Shown piece by piece: positions 31,992 to 42,197 of a stretch of 64,000 bases of DNA. The notes under the pieces are model-generated. The model was not told the DNA's origin. It did not search any database and was given only the letters and a program-made list of their open reading frames with translations. The stretch covers positions 6,616 to 70,615 of the forward strand of contig CALWJZ010000003.1 of the NCBI GenBank assembly GCA_944381145.1, in the 5' to 3' direction. Both the position numbers and the translations under genes were made by a program. The stretch's first letter is position 1, and each line of letters opens with the position of its first letter. The DNA comes from an uncultured Clostridia bacterium. Lineage in GTDB: Bacteria > Bacillota > Clostridia > Christensenellales > UBA1242.

Positions 31992-32737
31992 ACATTTAGC
32001 CTATCTATCAAATTATTATAGTTATCACCAATTAAGTCTTTTATATTTTCACTGGACCCCATAACTTCCAAAATTTGTTTGTTTGGAACCATATCTAAAT
32101 TTGTAGTAATTAAATAAAATAACTTATTTTCAATATAATAATTTATAACTTCCTTGTTATATTTTTTATTCAGAAAATCTAAATTTAAATTATTCAATAA
32201 ATTATCAAAAATTATATCTTTTAGCAAAGAATTATAATTTAAAATAAATTCATTTTCTTTTTCAAAAATAGTTTTGTTCAAATCTTTTAAATTTAAATTT
32301 ATTTTATTTATTTCAATTTCAAGTTTAGATATTTCATTACAAATTTTTACAGTTTTAGAAATATTAAATTCATTTAGAAAATGCTGTTTTAGTGATAATA
32401 AATAATTTTTTTTAAAATTTAATTGTTCTAATGATTCGTGAATCTGATTATCAAATTTCAAATATTCATCATAAGAAGAATTATCAAAAGCTTTTTTATT
32501 AGTAATAACAATACGATTTAGTTCACCTAAATTAGCATCTCTTTCATTATTTTGTAAGACATTTTTTAGATTTTTATATTGTTTTTCATCAAATTCACTT
32601 TTAGAAAAAATATTATGTAAATCGCAAATATTTATTAGTTCTTTTTCCAAAAATTTTTTTAAGCTTTTTTTATTTTCCGAATTAATAGTATGAACCATTT
32701 TTTCGTTAAATTCATTATCAAATGTATAATTATTCAT
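31976..32737 (-). CDS. hypothetical coiled-coil protein (phage-like operon)
   Basis: GGAG lies 5 nt before ATG 32737 (MNNYTFDNEF). The track's 29-codon upstream extension is rejected. N/K/E-rich, heptad-like sequence. Confidence 0.5.
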   Translation of the reverse strand: MNNYTFDNEFNEKMVHTINSENKKSLKKFLEKELINICDLHNIFSKSEFDEKQYKNLKNVLQNNERDANLGELNRIVITNKKAFDNSSYDEYLKFDNQIHESLEQLNFKKNYLLSLKQHFLNEFNISKTVKICNEISKLEIEINKINLNLKDLNKTIFEKENEFILNYNSLLKDIIFDNLLNNLNLDFLNKKYNKEVINYYIENKLFYLITTNLDMVPNKQILEVMGSSENIKDLIGDNYNNLIDRLNVCGNK

Positions 32738-32798
32738 ACTTTCTCCTCTTGCTTTTGTATAATTTAAATTATACTTAATAATCCTAATCAATATATCA

Positions 32799-33896
32799 TC
32801 ATAAACTATCATCACTAACCACATTACAGTTTAAATTGTTGTATAACAAATAATAATCATCTACTTTAATAACATCATTTATATTCCATAAATTTTTTGG
32901 TGTTTCAATTTGTTCTAAAGTATTATTCAAGTCATTAAAACTATACTTAGTTATATTAACCATATAATCATCTATAGAATATACTTCAATATTTTTAGAA
33001 TCAATAAATAATCGAGATAATTCGCTATTTACTGTTAAAATCAAATCCCAGTTATTATTATATAAAACAAATATAGACATTGTTCCATCATCAAAATTTA
33101 CGCCAAAACAAGGTTTATCAAAATATCCATTTACTTCCATTACTGCAAAAGTTTTCGGCATAGCTTTTTCAGGAGTAGATATAGAATATTCTTGACTTAA
33201 ATTATAATTAGCATCTAAAATTTTATAGTATAAATTATCATTTTTAATATAAACAAAATATAATTTATTTTCATTTGCAACTGGCACAATTTGTGCATTT
33301 TCAGAATCACTAGACACAAAAACACTGCTTGTATAATTATTTAAACTTGTGTAAAAATATACGCCATTATTGTAAGTTAAATAACCTAAATAATCATCAT
33401 TATTCATAATGAATGATTGACAATCAATTACATTTGATAAATTGAATAAAACAGTTAAATTATTATTAACAATATCATCTCTTGATGAATAAGATAAAAA
33501 TTCAATATTACCCCTATCTTTAACAATACATTTTTGATTTGGAATAATTTTAGTATAAAATTTATTTTTTATAGTAGCACCCAAAATTGAAATTGATAAA
33601 TTATCGCAACTTCCAATAATTTTCAAGTTAAAATCACCTTCAAAAACGCAAGGTATAATTTTATTTTCACTTCCATTAAATGAAGCAATTTTAAAGCTAT
33701 TATAAAACAACTCGAGATTAATAGCATTTTTTATATCAACATAAATATAACCATAACTAATATAATCTAAAGAATAAAAACTTATAATTTTTTCAGTATT
33801 AATTTTATCAAAAGTAATTTTTGATAACTTATTTGATTTATTGTCTAGCAACTTATATTTATTTATATTTTCAACAAAGTTATCTATCATAAACAC
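32799..33896 (-). CDS. hypothetical beta-rich protein (candidate tail/receptor-binding component)
   Basis: 365 aa. Start is GTG 33896 or ATG 33890; overlaps the upstream ORF. Call is by position only. Confidence 0.45.
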   Translation of the reverse strand: MFMIDNFVENINKYKLLDNKSNKLSKITFDKINTEKIISFYSLDYISYGYIYVDIKNAINLELFYNSFKIASFNGSENKIIPCVFEGDFNLKIIGSCDNLSISILGATIKNKFYTKIIPNQKCIVKDRGNIEFLSYSSRDDIVNNNLTVLFNLSNVIDCQSFIMNNDDYLGYLTYNNGVYFYTSLNNYTSSVFVSSDSENAQIVPVANENKLYFVYIKNDNLYYKILDANYNLSQEYSISTPEKAMPKTFAVMEVNGYFDKPCFGVNFDDGTMSIFVLYNNNWDLILTVNSELSRLFIDSKNIEVYSIDDYMVNITKYSFNDLNNTLEQIETPKNLWNINDVIKVDDYYLLYNNLNCNVVSDDSL

Positions 33897-35391
33897 CTAC
33901 AGTCAAAGTTGGATTAGTAATATAACAATTATTTTGTTCAGTTTCAAAGCCAAAACCAAATAAATTTGCCTTTTCATTAATTTTAATTTTTTGAATTTTA
34001 TTTTTGCCTTTAATATTAAATATTTTTACTTTGTCATCTAAATATATTTTTAGTTTAATATCTGATTTTGTAATAAATTTAATATCTTTGATAAACTTTA
34101 CTTTTCCTGGATAACCCAAATCACTCATTTTACTAACCCAAAATTTACCCAACGGATTTTGTTTGATATTTCCAGAAATATTTACAATACCACATGTCGG
34201 CAAATCAACATTCATTTTATAAGTTGCAATCATAAAATTATTATACTGATCCTTAACAACTACAAATTGTCTAACATCTAAGCCTCTAAAAATTGAATAT
34301 TTATAAGTTTTAACATCTATTTTAACAAATGCATTATTTTGAACGGTTGATAAATTTTCGCATAAAAATTTAGTATTATCTCCAAAATCAACTTTAAATG
34401 ATAAATAGTAAATACCATCAAGATATCCTGCAGTATAATAATCTGTATCCTTTTGTCCAATCATATTGTCAAATTCAAAAGGAATCTTTTTAGCGTTATT
34501 ACCATCAAACTCATATATACCATCGCTTGCCAAAAACATTATTTTATCGTCACAAACACACACTGTATTATAATAAATTCTACTGTTGCAAACATTTAAT
34601 TGCTCAACTTCAAAATTCTTTTTGTCTGTACCTTTTACAATTTTTGCAATATTGAAATCTCTAATAACATATAATTCATCTTTAAATACTATGACTTTGT
34701 TGCATTTTCCATAAATTTCATATGGAATATCAATATAGCCACTTTCATCTTTATTTAATTTAAAATTTAAAGGATTGAATTCTTGACTATATAAAATTGA
34801 CTGTTTGTCTAATTCAAATGTTGCAAAATTTCTGTTATTATAAATACACATATCTGTGATACGATAAGTATTATTTACATAATTAGCATTCTCCGACCTT
34901 GGAGACCACATATACATGCCTGTACCAGAATTACTAAATAAGAAATTATCCTTACCTTGAATTTTTGTTATCATCATATTTGGCATATAAGAGTATTCAA
35001 TATTTCCAATTTCAATAAATTCTGAATTATTTGAATTAAAAATATTATAATAAAATTTATTATTTGACGCATGAAAAATATAATACGAAGAGTAACTTTT
35101 TGTTACTGCATTCCAACATCTTGAAAAAAAACAAGATCTTGCATATGAATAATTTGGTAAGACAAGTGTTTTAGTATACAATTCTGATTCATTGCCATAT
35201 TGTACTTCAATATCCGAAATTCCAATACCATCTTTTAGAACACCCGACGAAAAATCAAAATTATACACACTTTCACAGGTTCCAAAAGGTAAATTACTAT
35301 TAGTTTTTTTTATCATTCCTTCATCAAATGATATTGCTTTTATTTCTTTAAATTTTAAAATATCTTTGTCTAAATAATTATTGTATATCAT
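33880..35391 (-). CDS. hypothetical beta-rich protein (candidate tail hub/nozzle-like component)
   Basis: About 503 aa. AAGGTGG lies 5 nt before ATG 35391, which overlaps the upstream TAA (TAATG). No family recognised. Confidence 0.45.
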   Translation of the reverse strand: MIYNNYLDKDILKFKEIKAISFDEGMIKKTNSNLPFGTCESVYNFDFSSGVLKDGIGISDIEVQYGNESELYTKTLVLPNYSYARSCFFSRCWNAVTKSYSSYYIFHASNNKFYYNIFNSNNSEFIEIGNIEYSYMPNMMITKIQGKDNFLFSNSGTGMYMWSPRSENANYVNNTYRITDMCIYNNRNFATFELDKQSILYSQEFNPLNFKLNKDESGYIDIPYEIYGKCNKVIVFKDELYVIRDFNIAKIVKGTDKKNFEVEQLNVCNSRIYYNTVCVCDDKIMFLASDGIYEFDGNNAKKIPFEFDNMIGQKDTDYYTAGYLDGIYYLSFKVDFGDNTKFLCENLSTVQNNAFVKIDVKTYKYSIFRGLDVRQFVVVKDQYNNFMIATYKMNVDLPTCGIVNISGNIKQNPLGKFWVSKMSDLGYPGKVKFIKDIKFITKSDIKLKIYLDDKVKIFNIKGKNKIQKIKINEKANLFGFGFETEQNNCYITNPTLTVGVYDR

Positions 35392-35966
35392 TATAACCAC
35401 CTTTTTGATGGCATATTAATATTCCTTTTTGGCCTAGACATAGCAAACAAAGTATCCTTAAATCTTTTGTCCCAAGAATACGCTTCGTCAATATTACCTT
35501 TCAAAAACAAATATTCTCCAACTACACCTTGAGCAAATAATAATGAATTCAATTTTAAATAATAATTAATATCACTTTCTAAATTTACAGGATCAGGCAA
35601 ATAAGAATATTCGATTTTTACTTTGGAATAATTTATATGTACTCCATCACTTAATACTTTGAAAGGAATTTTAAAATTATTGTCATCATAAACATTTTTT
35701 ATTTCTACTATATTTTTATTAGAAATATTAGAAAAAGGAACTATATTGTTTTGAACTTCAACATTAATACAATCAATTAATTCAAAATATATAGATGCTA
35801 TTAAATTATTTGTCATATTAACAGCAATAAGTAAAGTATTTAATTTTTCAGAAACATCTTCAGTAATTTCTTGAGATTCACTATTTAAATATTCCAAAAC
35901 ATCACTTAGTTCTAAATATTTAGCACAATCTATAATTATATTTTTTACAATCATATTTATCTCCAT
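35391..35966 (-). CDS. hypothetical protein, possible head-tail adaptor/connector
   Basis: 191 aa, second ORF after the capsid gene. Helical N-part (IIDCAKYLELSD...LLIAVNMTNNLIASIY) resembles gp6-type connectors. Weak call. Confidence 0.35.
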   Translation of the reverse strand: MEINMIVKNIIIDCAKYLELSDVLEYLNSESQEITEDVSEKLNTLLIAVNMTNNLIASIYFELIDCINVEVQNNIVPFSNISNKNIVEIKNVYDDNNFKIPFKVLSDGVHINYSKVKIEYSYLPDPVNLESDINYYLKLNSLLFAQGVVGEYLFLKGNIDEAYSWDKRFKDTLFAMSRPKRNINMPSKRWL

Positions 35967-36334
35967 TTTGTAGAAAATGCTTTCTCATCATCTAGCTTTT
36001 TAGAAGAATTATTTGAAAAACTATAAATTTCACGTAGCATATAATCAGATTGATTTTTTACAATATCCATATTATTTTTTTCAATATTACTATTATTTCT
36101 GTCAATTTCATCGATAATATTGTCAATATTCTTAATATGAGAACTTAACAAATATTCAATAAATTTAACATCTAAAGTTTCATATGGATAAGTAAAACAA
36201 TATGAATATTTTTGATTAGAATTATGTAATTCATAGCGATTTTTATTTGTATCATACAATATAAAATAATATTCATCTATATCTTTTATTCTATTAACTA
36301 TATCAAACACATCACTTTCTACTTTTATTTTCAT
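35957..36334 (-). CDS. hypothetical protein (125 aa)
   Basis: First ORF after the capsid gene hairpin. No family recognised. Confidence 0.4.
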   Translation of the reverse strand: MKIKVESDVFDIVNRIKDIDEYYFILYDTNKNRYELHNSNQKYSYCFTYPYETLDVKFIEYLLSSHIKNIDNIIDEIDRNNSNIEKNNMDIVKNQSDYMLREIYSFSNNSSKKLDDEKAFSTKWR

Positions 36335-36358
36335 TTTTTCTCGCTATTTTAAAAAATT

Positions 36359-36384
36359 TGCTGGACAAATTACTTTGTCCAGCA
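36359..36384 (-). terminator. strong hairpin (partial terminator or mRNA stabiliser) directly after the capsid gene
   Basis: Perfect 11-bp stem TGCTGGACAAA/TTTGTCCAGCA with a 4-nt loop, 8 nt after the capsid stop. Followed on the minus sense by AAUUUUUUAAAA. Confidence 0.6.
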
Positions 36385-36392
36385 TTAATTTA

Positions 36393-37568
36393 TTAACCAT
36401 TAATTCCTGTTAGTTTAGCTTGGCTATTAGGTCTATTACATAGCAATTCAGCATATTTAACTAAAGTTGCTGTATAAATAGGATAATTATCTTTTTGTTT
36501 TATTATTTTTCCATCATTACCTTCAATCCATTCCCAATCTCCAAGTTGACACAATTCAAAATCTTTAGTTGATAATAAATACATTGTATCATCAGCAACA
36601 AATCTATCACTTACAACGGGGATACCATTATAAGATAGAGCTTTGAATCCACCTTGTAAATCCATTACATCAATGTTTCTTTTGTATGTACTAATACAAT
36701 CTTGATAAAAACGTCTTACTTTTGAAGAACAAGCAATAAAGTCAATATCTGTTCCTGCATTTTCAGATATATCGTCTATTGCAGTTTGCATAACATCTTC
36801 ACTTATAGCACCCACACTAGTTTTTGTATATGGATTTAACCATGCATTACTACTTCTGTTTAAACCATATAAATATGCACTATTCCCAAAGATTGCTCCC
36901 AAACCTGTTATTTCATTATTCAAACCTTTCAAAGATGCAATCTTATATCCATTGTAATCAATATCTGCAGGATAATTAGTGATTATTTTATTATTAGTTC
37001 TATCAATACCTTCTATATTAAACATAATTGGATATGTTGTATTATAATTATTTCCAGCAGAATTAAGAAATCTACAACCTTGATTTACTGCAAAATTTTT
37101 AATATTATCAACTGTAAATTCAACTCCCCCTTCTTCATTACTAGCAGTTACTGTTGCTAGAATACCTGAACCATCACCATACAACATTCTTCCTAAATTG
37201 AATGAACTTGATTTAATTAGACTTTCCATTTCTTCATTTAACAAATTAACAAATGCTCCAGCACTATTTTGTGAACATCTTAATGCCTTATCAGTTATTT
37301 CAAGTGTTCCATATAGATTTTTTAAAGTAATTCTAAATTGAGCATATTTTTTGTTGAATGCTTTTGGCAATTCATCATCTTCTTTACCAGCTGTTACTCC
37401 ACCAGAAATACCATAAGAAGTTGATTTTACAATTTCATTACCATAAACATTATTTGTTGTTTGTTTAATTTTTGCAAGTAATGGATTTGCACCCATATTT
37501 AATTGGTTTCCAATTACTCCTAAATACACAGTTTTCAAAGCTTGATCAGCAGTAGTTAATGTAATCAT
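36393..37568 (-). CDS. phage major capsid protein
   Basis: 391 aa, immediately after the scaffold gene, with a strong AGGAG SD. C-terminal block YNGIPVVSDRFV...MYLLSTKDFELCQLGDWEW...YTATLVKYAELLCNRPNSQAKLTGI is capsid-like. Confidence 0.65.
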   Translation of the reverse strand: MITLTTADQALKTVYLGVIGNQLNMGANPLLAKIKQTTNNVYGNEIVKSTSYGISGGVTAGKEDDELPKAFNKKYAQFRITLKNLYGTLEITDKALRCSQNSAGAFVNLLNEEMESLIKSSSFNLGRMLYGDGSGILATVTASNEEGGVEFTVDNIKNFAVNQGCRFLNSAGNNYNTTYPIMFNIEGIDRTNNKIITNYPADIDYNGYKIASLKGLNNEITGLGAIFGNSAYLYGLNRSSNAWLNPYTKTSVGAISEDVMQTAIDDISENAGTDIDFIACSSKVRRFYQDCISTYKRNIDVMDLQGGFKALSYNGIPVVSDRFVADDTMYLLSTKDFELCQLGDWEWIEGNDGKIIKQKDNYPIYTATLVKYAELLCNRPNSQAKLTGING

Positions 37569-37576
37569 ATTTTCTC

Positions 37577-38227
37577 CTAAAATTTAAACATGTTCTCCAC
37601 ATATCTACTTGCTTCTTCCAAAGTCTTAAATTTATGAGTAGAAGCAATACTTCCAGTAACACCAGAATTATTAATTGTTATTGGATTTTTTATTTCATTT
37701 AATGAAGAAACATATTCATTAATTATTTTATTTTTTATTTCATTATTTGAGTAAATAAATTTATCTAAAAATTCTGGATTTTTTGCTAATTCATCTTGTG
37801 AAATAAATTTTTTTTCTAAAACCCTTAAATAAGCTTTTTCCAATCCTTCAGGATTATTTTTTAGCATTTCGTCATTCATAATTTCAGTGGTTATATCTTC
37901 CACAAAATTATTAGCATTTGAATGCGATTTTAAAAAATCACTTATTTTATTGTTCCAGGCAAATTCTTCAGACAAATCTCCCTTTTTCATACCGGTATTT
38001 AAAATTTGAGATTGTTCATCTAATTTTTTTTCTGTTTCGCTTAACTTTTGACACTTGCGAGTAAATTCACTTTGCAACTCGTTATAAGCACTCAAAAGAG
38101 ATTCAGAATTTTTAAACTTGCCTAGTGGAGAGCCTTGCAAATTGGTTGTTCCTTCATTTTCTGTCGCTACAGGTTGAACTACTGAATTTTGAGGTTGTTC
38201 TCCAACATTTAAAAAATTTTCTTCCAT
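37577..38227 (-). CDS. phage capsid scaffolding protein (DUF4355-like)
   Basis: 216 aa, acidic and helical. GKFKNSESLLSAYNELQSEFTRKCQKL is a scaffold signature. Lies between portal and capsid. Confidence 0.65.
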   Translation of the reverse strand: MEENFLNVGEQPQNSVVQPVATENEGTTNLQGSPLGKFKNSESLLSAYNELQSEFTRKCQKLSETEKKLDEQSQILNTGMKKGDLSEEFAWNNKISDFLKSHSNANNFVEDITTEIMNDEMLKNNPEGLEKAYLRVLEKKFISQDELAKNPEFLDKFIYSNNEIKNKIINEYVSSLNEIKNPITINNSGVTGSIASTHKFKTLEEASRYVENMFKF

Positions 38228-38230
38228 ATT

Positions 38231-40129
38231 TTACTCCTTATTTTCTTTTAAACTTTCATTAGTTATCAAATTAAATTTTTTATGATTTCTAATATGATTC
38301 ATTAATTTATTTTTTAAATCTGAATTTTTTAATATTTCTTTTTGAAATTCACTTCCTAACATAAATGCTGTATGTTCAAAAATATGAATCTCATGGTCAT
38401 CAATTTCATTAGGTTCTTGTATATCTCCATCAATTATTAAGGCTAAATTTTCTTTAGTAGCAGAATTTATTTGCAACGTCCTCATATCTTGACTAACTTC
38501 CATTATACCAAATCCTAATTGTTCCAAAACCTTACTTCGCATAGTATTACTTAATTTACCATTTTCATCATTAAGTAGGCCCGAATTTAAAATGTCAAAT
38601 ATCATTGTTCTTTTTTGTGCTAAAGTTTCATTTATTTCATTTTCCGTTTCAAAAATAACTTCTTCAGAACTTATGTCACTTCCACTCCAATAAAACAACT
38701 CAATTGATCCATTGTCTCCAATAATTCTAGAGGTGTGTTGGAATTTTGCATACTGTTTATAAAGTCGCAATATTTGTTTTGCCATTTCTTTTGCACAATC
38801 TCTAATTTCATCTGCACTAGAAACCAATCTAATTTCGTCCTGTTCAATCATTAATTGAAGTGCTACACCACTTATATTTCCTGAAGATATTGTGCTTGAA
38901 TTTAATAAATCGCTAACACCGGATATATTAACAAATTCATTTAGCAAAGCTTCTTCTTCATTTTTAAAGTCTATAGGTAGCGCTTCACTAGAAAGCAATT
39001 TTGGACTAGATGCACCCTGTCTATAAATTAATACTTTGCCAGGCGATAAACCCTCTTCTTCTAAATTTTCTATATCTATAGAACCATCTTCAACAGACAA
39101 TATTCCCATAGTTAATCTATTCATAAACTCATGTTTTCTATTTTTTACAGCATTAAATGCACGTTGTATTGGTATGCATCTTTCAATAACACTTGTACCC
39201 CAAAAAGAATTAGGTGTAGGAATACTTGTTTGTCTAATAAATGGAAACCCTCTTTTTCCTTCTTCTTTATTTATATAAGGTAATTCACCATTATAAATTA
39301 ACTTATCACCAGCAATAATTATAAGTCTTCCATTAGGATATTCAATTGTAGGCTTTTCATATTTTTCAATAACAACAACTTGATCTTTTTTCAACTTTTT
39401 TGCCATTGAATTTGAAAGAGATGAATAACCCAAACCACCACTAAGAGATAAATTATCCAATGAATAAACATCTATATCTTGCCCGTCAACTTCAACTCCC
39501 CAAACATTTTTTACCATATCTTTATGAAATGTTCTAGCGTAGATGATAGACATGCAATCTTCAACCCTATTATATGTATTACTATCAGGATAAATTTCAA
39601 AAGGACTAACTACACTGATTTCAACATCTCCTTCTTTAATTGAATTACCAAGTTCATTAATACCGATAATCTTACCCAAGTTATTATTCCAATCAATCTT
39701 ATAAAAAACTGTTCCACAAATCTCACTCCACATCGTACCTTGAGTTAAAATTTTGCTTATATTTAAACTATGACTTACTGACTTTAGAATTTTTTTGCTT
39801 GTCTTTGCACAAAAAATATCCCTTTCGTCATCAGAAAATGGTACTACTGTAAGTGTAGGTCTAACTCTAGAAAGTTTTGATTGTCTCAATTCAATTAGAT
39901 TTGCTATATGGTTATATACTTCTTTTTCTTGCCAAAAATATTGTTTCCCCGTTTCCATAATTTCTCCTGCTGGAGAAATATAGCAATATTGATTACCTAA
40001 GAAAAAATTTATATTGAGTTGCCACGTATTTTCAAAACTTTTTCGTTCTTGTTGGCGTGTTTTAAAATCTTCAAGAACACTTTTTATTAAATCTTCATCA
40101 TCTAAAGAAACATCTTTTTTATTTTTCAC
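38231..40129 (-). CDS. phage portal protein
   Basis: 632 aa. N-terminal SFENTWQLNINFFLGNQY portal-like block. GTG start with GGAGG 6 nt upstream. Lies between the terminase and scaffold genes. Confidence 0.65.
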   Translation of the reverse strand: MKNKKDVSLDDEDLIKSVLEDFKTRQQERKSFENTWQLNINFFLGNQYCYISPAGEIMETGKQYFWQEKEVYNHIANLIELRQSKLSRVRPTLTVVPFSDDERDIFCAKTSKKILKSVSHSLNISKILTQGTMWSEICGTVFYKIDWNNNLGKIIGINELGNSIKEGDVEISVVSPFEIYPDSNTYNRVEDCMSIIYARTFHKDMVKNVWGVEVDGQDIDVYSLDNLSLSGGLGYSSLSNSMAKKLKKDQVVVIEKYEKPTIEYPNGRLIIIAGDKLIYNGELPYINKEEGKRGFPFIRQTSIPTPNSFWGTSVIERCIPIQRAFNAVKNRKHEFMNRLTMGILSVEDGSIDIENLEEEGLSPGKVLIYRQGASSPKLLSSEALPIDFKNEEEALLNEFVNISGVSDLLNSSTISSGNISGVALQLMIEQDEIRLVSSADEIRDCAKEMAKQILRLYKQYAKFQHTSRIIGDNGSIELFYWSGSDISSEEVIFETENEINETLAQKRTMIFDILNSGLLNDENGKLSNTMRSKVLEQLGFGIMEVSQDMRTLQINSATKENLALIIDGDIQEPNEIDDHEIHIFEHTAFMLGSEFQKEILKNSDLKNKLMNHIRNHKKFNLITNESLKENKE

Positions 40130-40352
40130 CTTTTACCTCCTTTGTTACTTTTATTTTTTTATTAAATATGTTTTCTGGACTTTTTGGAACAACAATTTTT
40201 CCTATCTCACTATATAACTCGTTAATACAACAATTGCACAAATTTAAGCCGACTGATCTGAAAAATCCTGATTTTTCTACCTTGAAATCTGCAATATTTT
40301 TACAATTAGGCATATCACATCTTACTTTTCGAACAACATTTTTTATTATCAT
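40119..40352 (-). CDS. small Cys-rich (zinc-ribbon-like) protein
   Basis: 77 aa with CDMPNC (CX4C) and CNCC. ATGA overlap with the upstream ORF. Carries the portal SD in its 3' end. Confidence 0.45.
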   Translation of the reverse strand: MIIKNVVRKVRCDMPNCKNIADFKVEKSGFFRSVGLNLCNCCINELYSEIGKIVVPKSPENIFNKKIKVTKEVKGEK

Positions 40353-40627
40353 TTTTTCTCCTTTAACTCTTTTAACAATTTTATTTTTTCATTTTCCAAT
40401 TCTTCATCTGTCATATTTGAATATTCGTTTAGTTTTTCATCCTCCTTTTCAAGTAATAATTGCAACGCAGTTAAATCGGGTGGATAAGATTTTGTGCTTG
40501 TTTTTCTTTTTTGTAAAACAAATTCATCTCCCGAATATCCATATTCTTCTATTATTTCTTGAGTTGTAAAACCCAACGCTTTGTTAATTAATGCTTTTTT
40601 TATTTTGCTGTTTTTTATTTCTCCCAT
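40349..40627 (-). CDS. small HTH-like protein, possible degenerate small terminase subunit
   Basis: 92 aa. KALGFTTQEIIEEYGYS HTH-like segment and YPPDLTALQLLLEKE, reminiscent of the PD..A...WL block of TerS proteins. It lies downstream rather than upstream of terL. Confidence 0.35.
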   Translation of the reverse strand: MGEIKNSKIKKALINKALGFTTQEIIEEYGYSGDEFVLQKRKTSTKSYPPDLTALQLLLEKEDEKLNEYSNMTDEELENEKIKLLKELKEKK

Positions 40628-40667
40628 AACTCACCTAAAAAAGTAGTTATTGTAAAACATAACTACT

Positions 40668-42125
40668 TTAATTAATTGAATATCCTTTACTCAAATATTT
40701 TTGATTTTTAATTAGTCTTTCTTTGTTTTTTTGAATAATAGTTTTTGATTTAAAATTTGTAATTTTGTTTTCTGGTCTACTCATTATATAATATCTAAGT
40801 TCATCTAAAGCATGGTCATCTTTTTTAACAGGATTATCAGAATTTCCCCAAAAATACCCCTTTATTTCACGAATTAAATTTACACAATTTTTAAATATAA
40901 ATAATTTTCTTTCGTTGCATGAATTTTTTAAATATGACTTTACTCTATTAATTCCTGAAAACAAATCTTTGTTAACATTTGTATTCGTCAAAATTCCATT
41001 ATCATAAAACAACTCCACAACGCTTTTTTCACTAGCCAAGGTTCTTTGGCTAGCGGCACTATCAATAATGGCTTCAATTCTGCCATTTTTCGTTGGCCAA
41101 TTTAAAATTTTGCATATGTCTTTAATTTTTTGTGCATGATAATCCACTGTTTTTTGTTTTTCATAATGTTCTGCGATAACATAAATATTATTATCATAAT
41201 CACAAGCATACCAATGACAACTAAGTGGATTATGAAGTCCTGGATCAATAGAAATTTTATCATACCATTCTTTAGGCACATCAAACGGCTCAATTACGTT
41301 ATAATTTTCATCAAATTCATTATATACTAAACCTGTTCCACTCGAAAAGTTTCCATATTTTCTACTATTTAATTCATCTTCGCTTAAACTTGCACTTAGC
41401 TTATTAATTTCATCTTTTGATAAATATGGATTATCTTCCCATTGCATTGTTTCATACCAAATATCATCATCATTTCTTTCATTTAAATAAATAATATTAT
41501 ATACCCAAGTTAACCCCTTTAGTGGAGTCATCGTACCATAAATATCTCCACATTTATCAAGCAATCGCATTTTGCATTCAATGTAAATATCTTCTGGGGG
41601 TTCTTCATCAAACCAAACATAATCAAGCGATGTGCCTTGAAATTTTTCTCTACCTTGATCACAACTTTTGAATCCTATTTTACTTATAGATCCGAAGACA
41701 TTCTTAACATAAATAGTATCAATAACACCTTGACTCGCACTACCTTTTTTACCAGATATCATAACAATATCTTCTATCCAATCTTTATCTAAATAATACA
41801 ATATTTTATTTTGTGCCACGTCACGCTGTACTTGTGTACTTAATGAGACTACCCAACCATCTGTCGGTTTGTTTTCTCTATAAGGATGAATTCCTCTTGC
41901 TAACCAAACTGTCTCTACTGCACCACATTCTGTTTTACCACTCCTGTTTCCTCCAAATACCCAACGATTTTTCTTTAAATTTTTATGAAATAAAAGTTGT
42001 TTTTCATGTTTAATTTCTCCTGTGTTATAATAATTTAATTTACAATCACTTTTTCTACGGCCCTGTTCTTTTTCAATTAATTTAATTTTTACTATTAATT
42101 CTCGTTTCGTCATAAAAAGCACCAT
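40668..42125 (-). CDS. terL: phage terminase large subunit
   Basis: Walker A GGNRSGKTE, Walker B LDYVWFDEEP, and a C-terminal RNase-H-like nuclease part (IDPGLHNP...DDHALDELRY). The start may be ATG 42113 (MTKREL) rather than 42125. Confidence 0.85.
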   Translation of the reverse strand: MVLFMTKRELIVKIKLIEKEQGRRKSDCKLNYYNTGEIKHEKQLLFHKNLKKNRWVFGGNRSGKTECGAVETVWLARGIHPYRENKPTDGWVVSLSTQVQRDVAQNKILYYLDKDWIEDIVMISGKKGSASQGVIDTIYVKNVFGSISKIGFKSCDQGREKFQGTSLDYVWFDEEPPEDIYIECKMRLLDKCGDIYGTMTPLKGLTWVYNIIYLNERNDDDIWYETMQWEDNPYLSKDEINKLSASLSEDELNSRKYGNFSSGTGLVYNEFDENYNVIEPFDVPKEWYDKISIDPGLHNPLSCHWYACDYDNNIYVIAEHYEKQKTVDYHAQKIKDICKILNWPTKNGRIEAIIDSAASQRTLASEKSVVELFYDNGILTNTNVNKDLFSGINRVKSYLKNSCNERKLFIFKNCVNLIREIKGYFWGNSDNPVKKDDHALDELRYYIMSRPENKITNFKSKTIIQKNKERLIKNQKYLSKGYSIN

Positions 42126-42197
42126 TTCATTTTTTTATTACAGATTTTTTTATATGTTTTACTTTCAACAATAATTAATTTAAAGTAATATTTTAGT

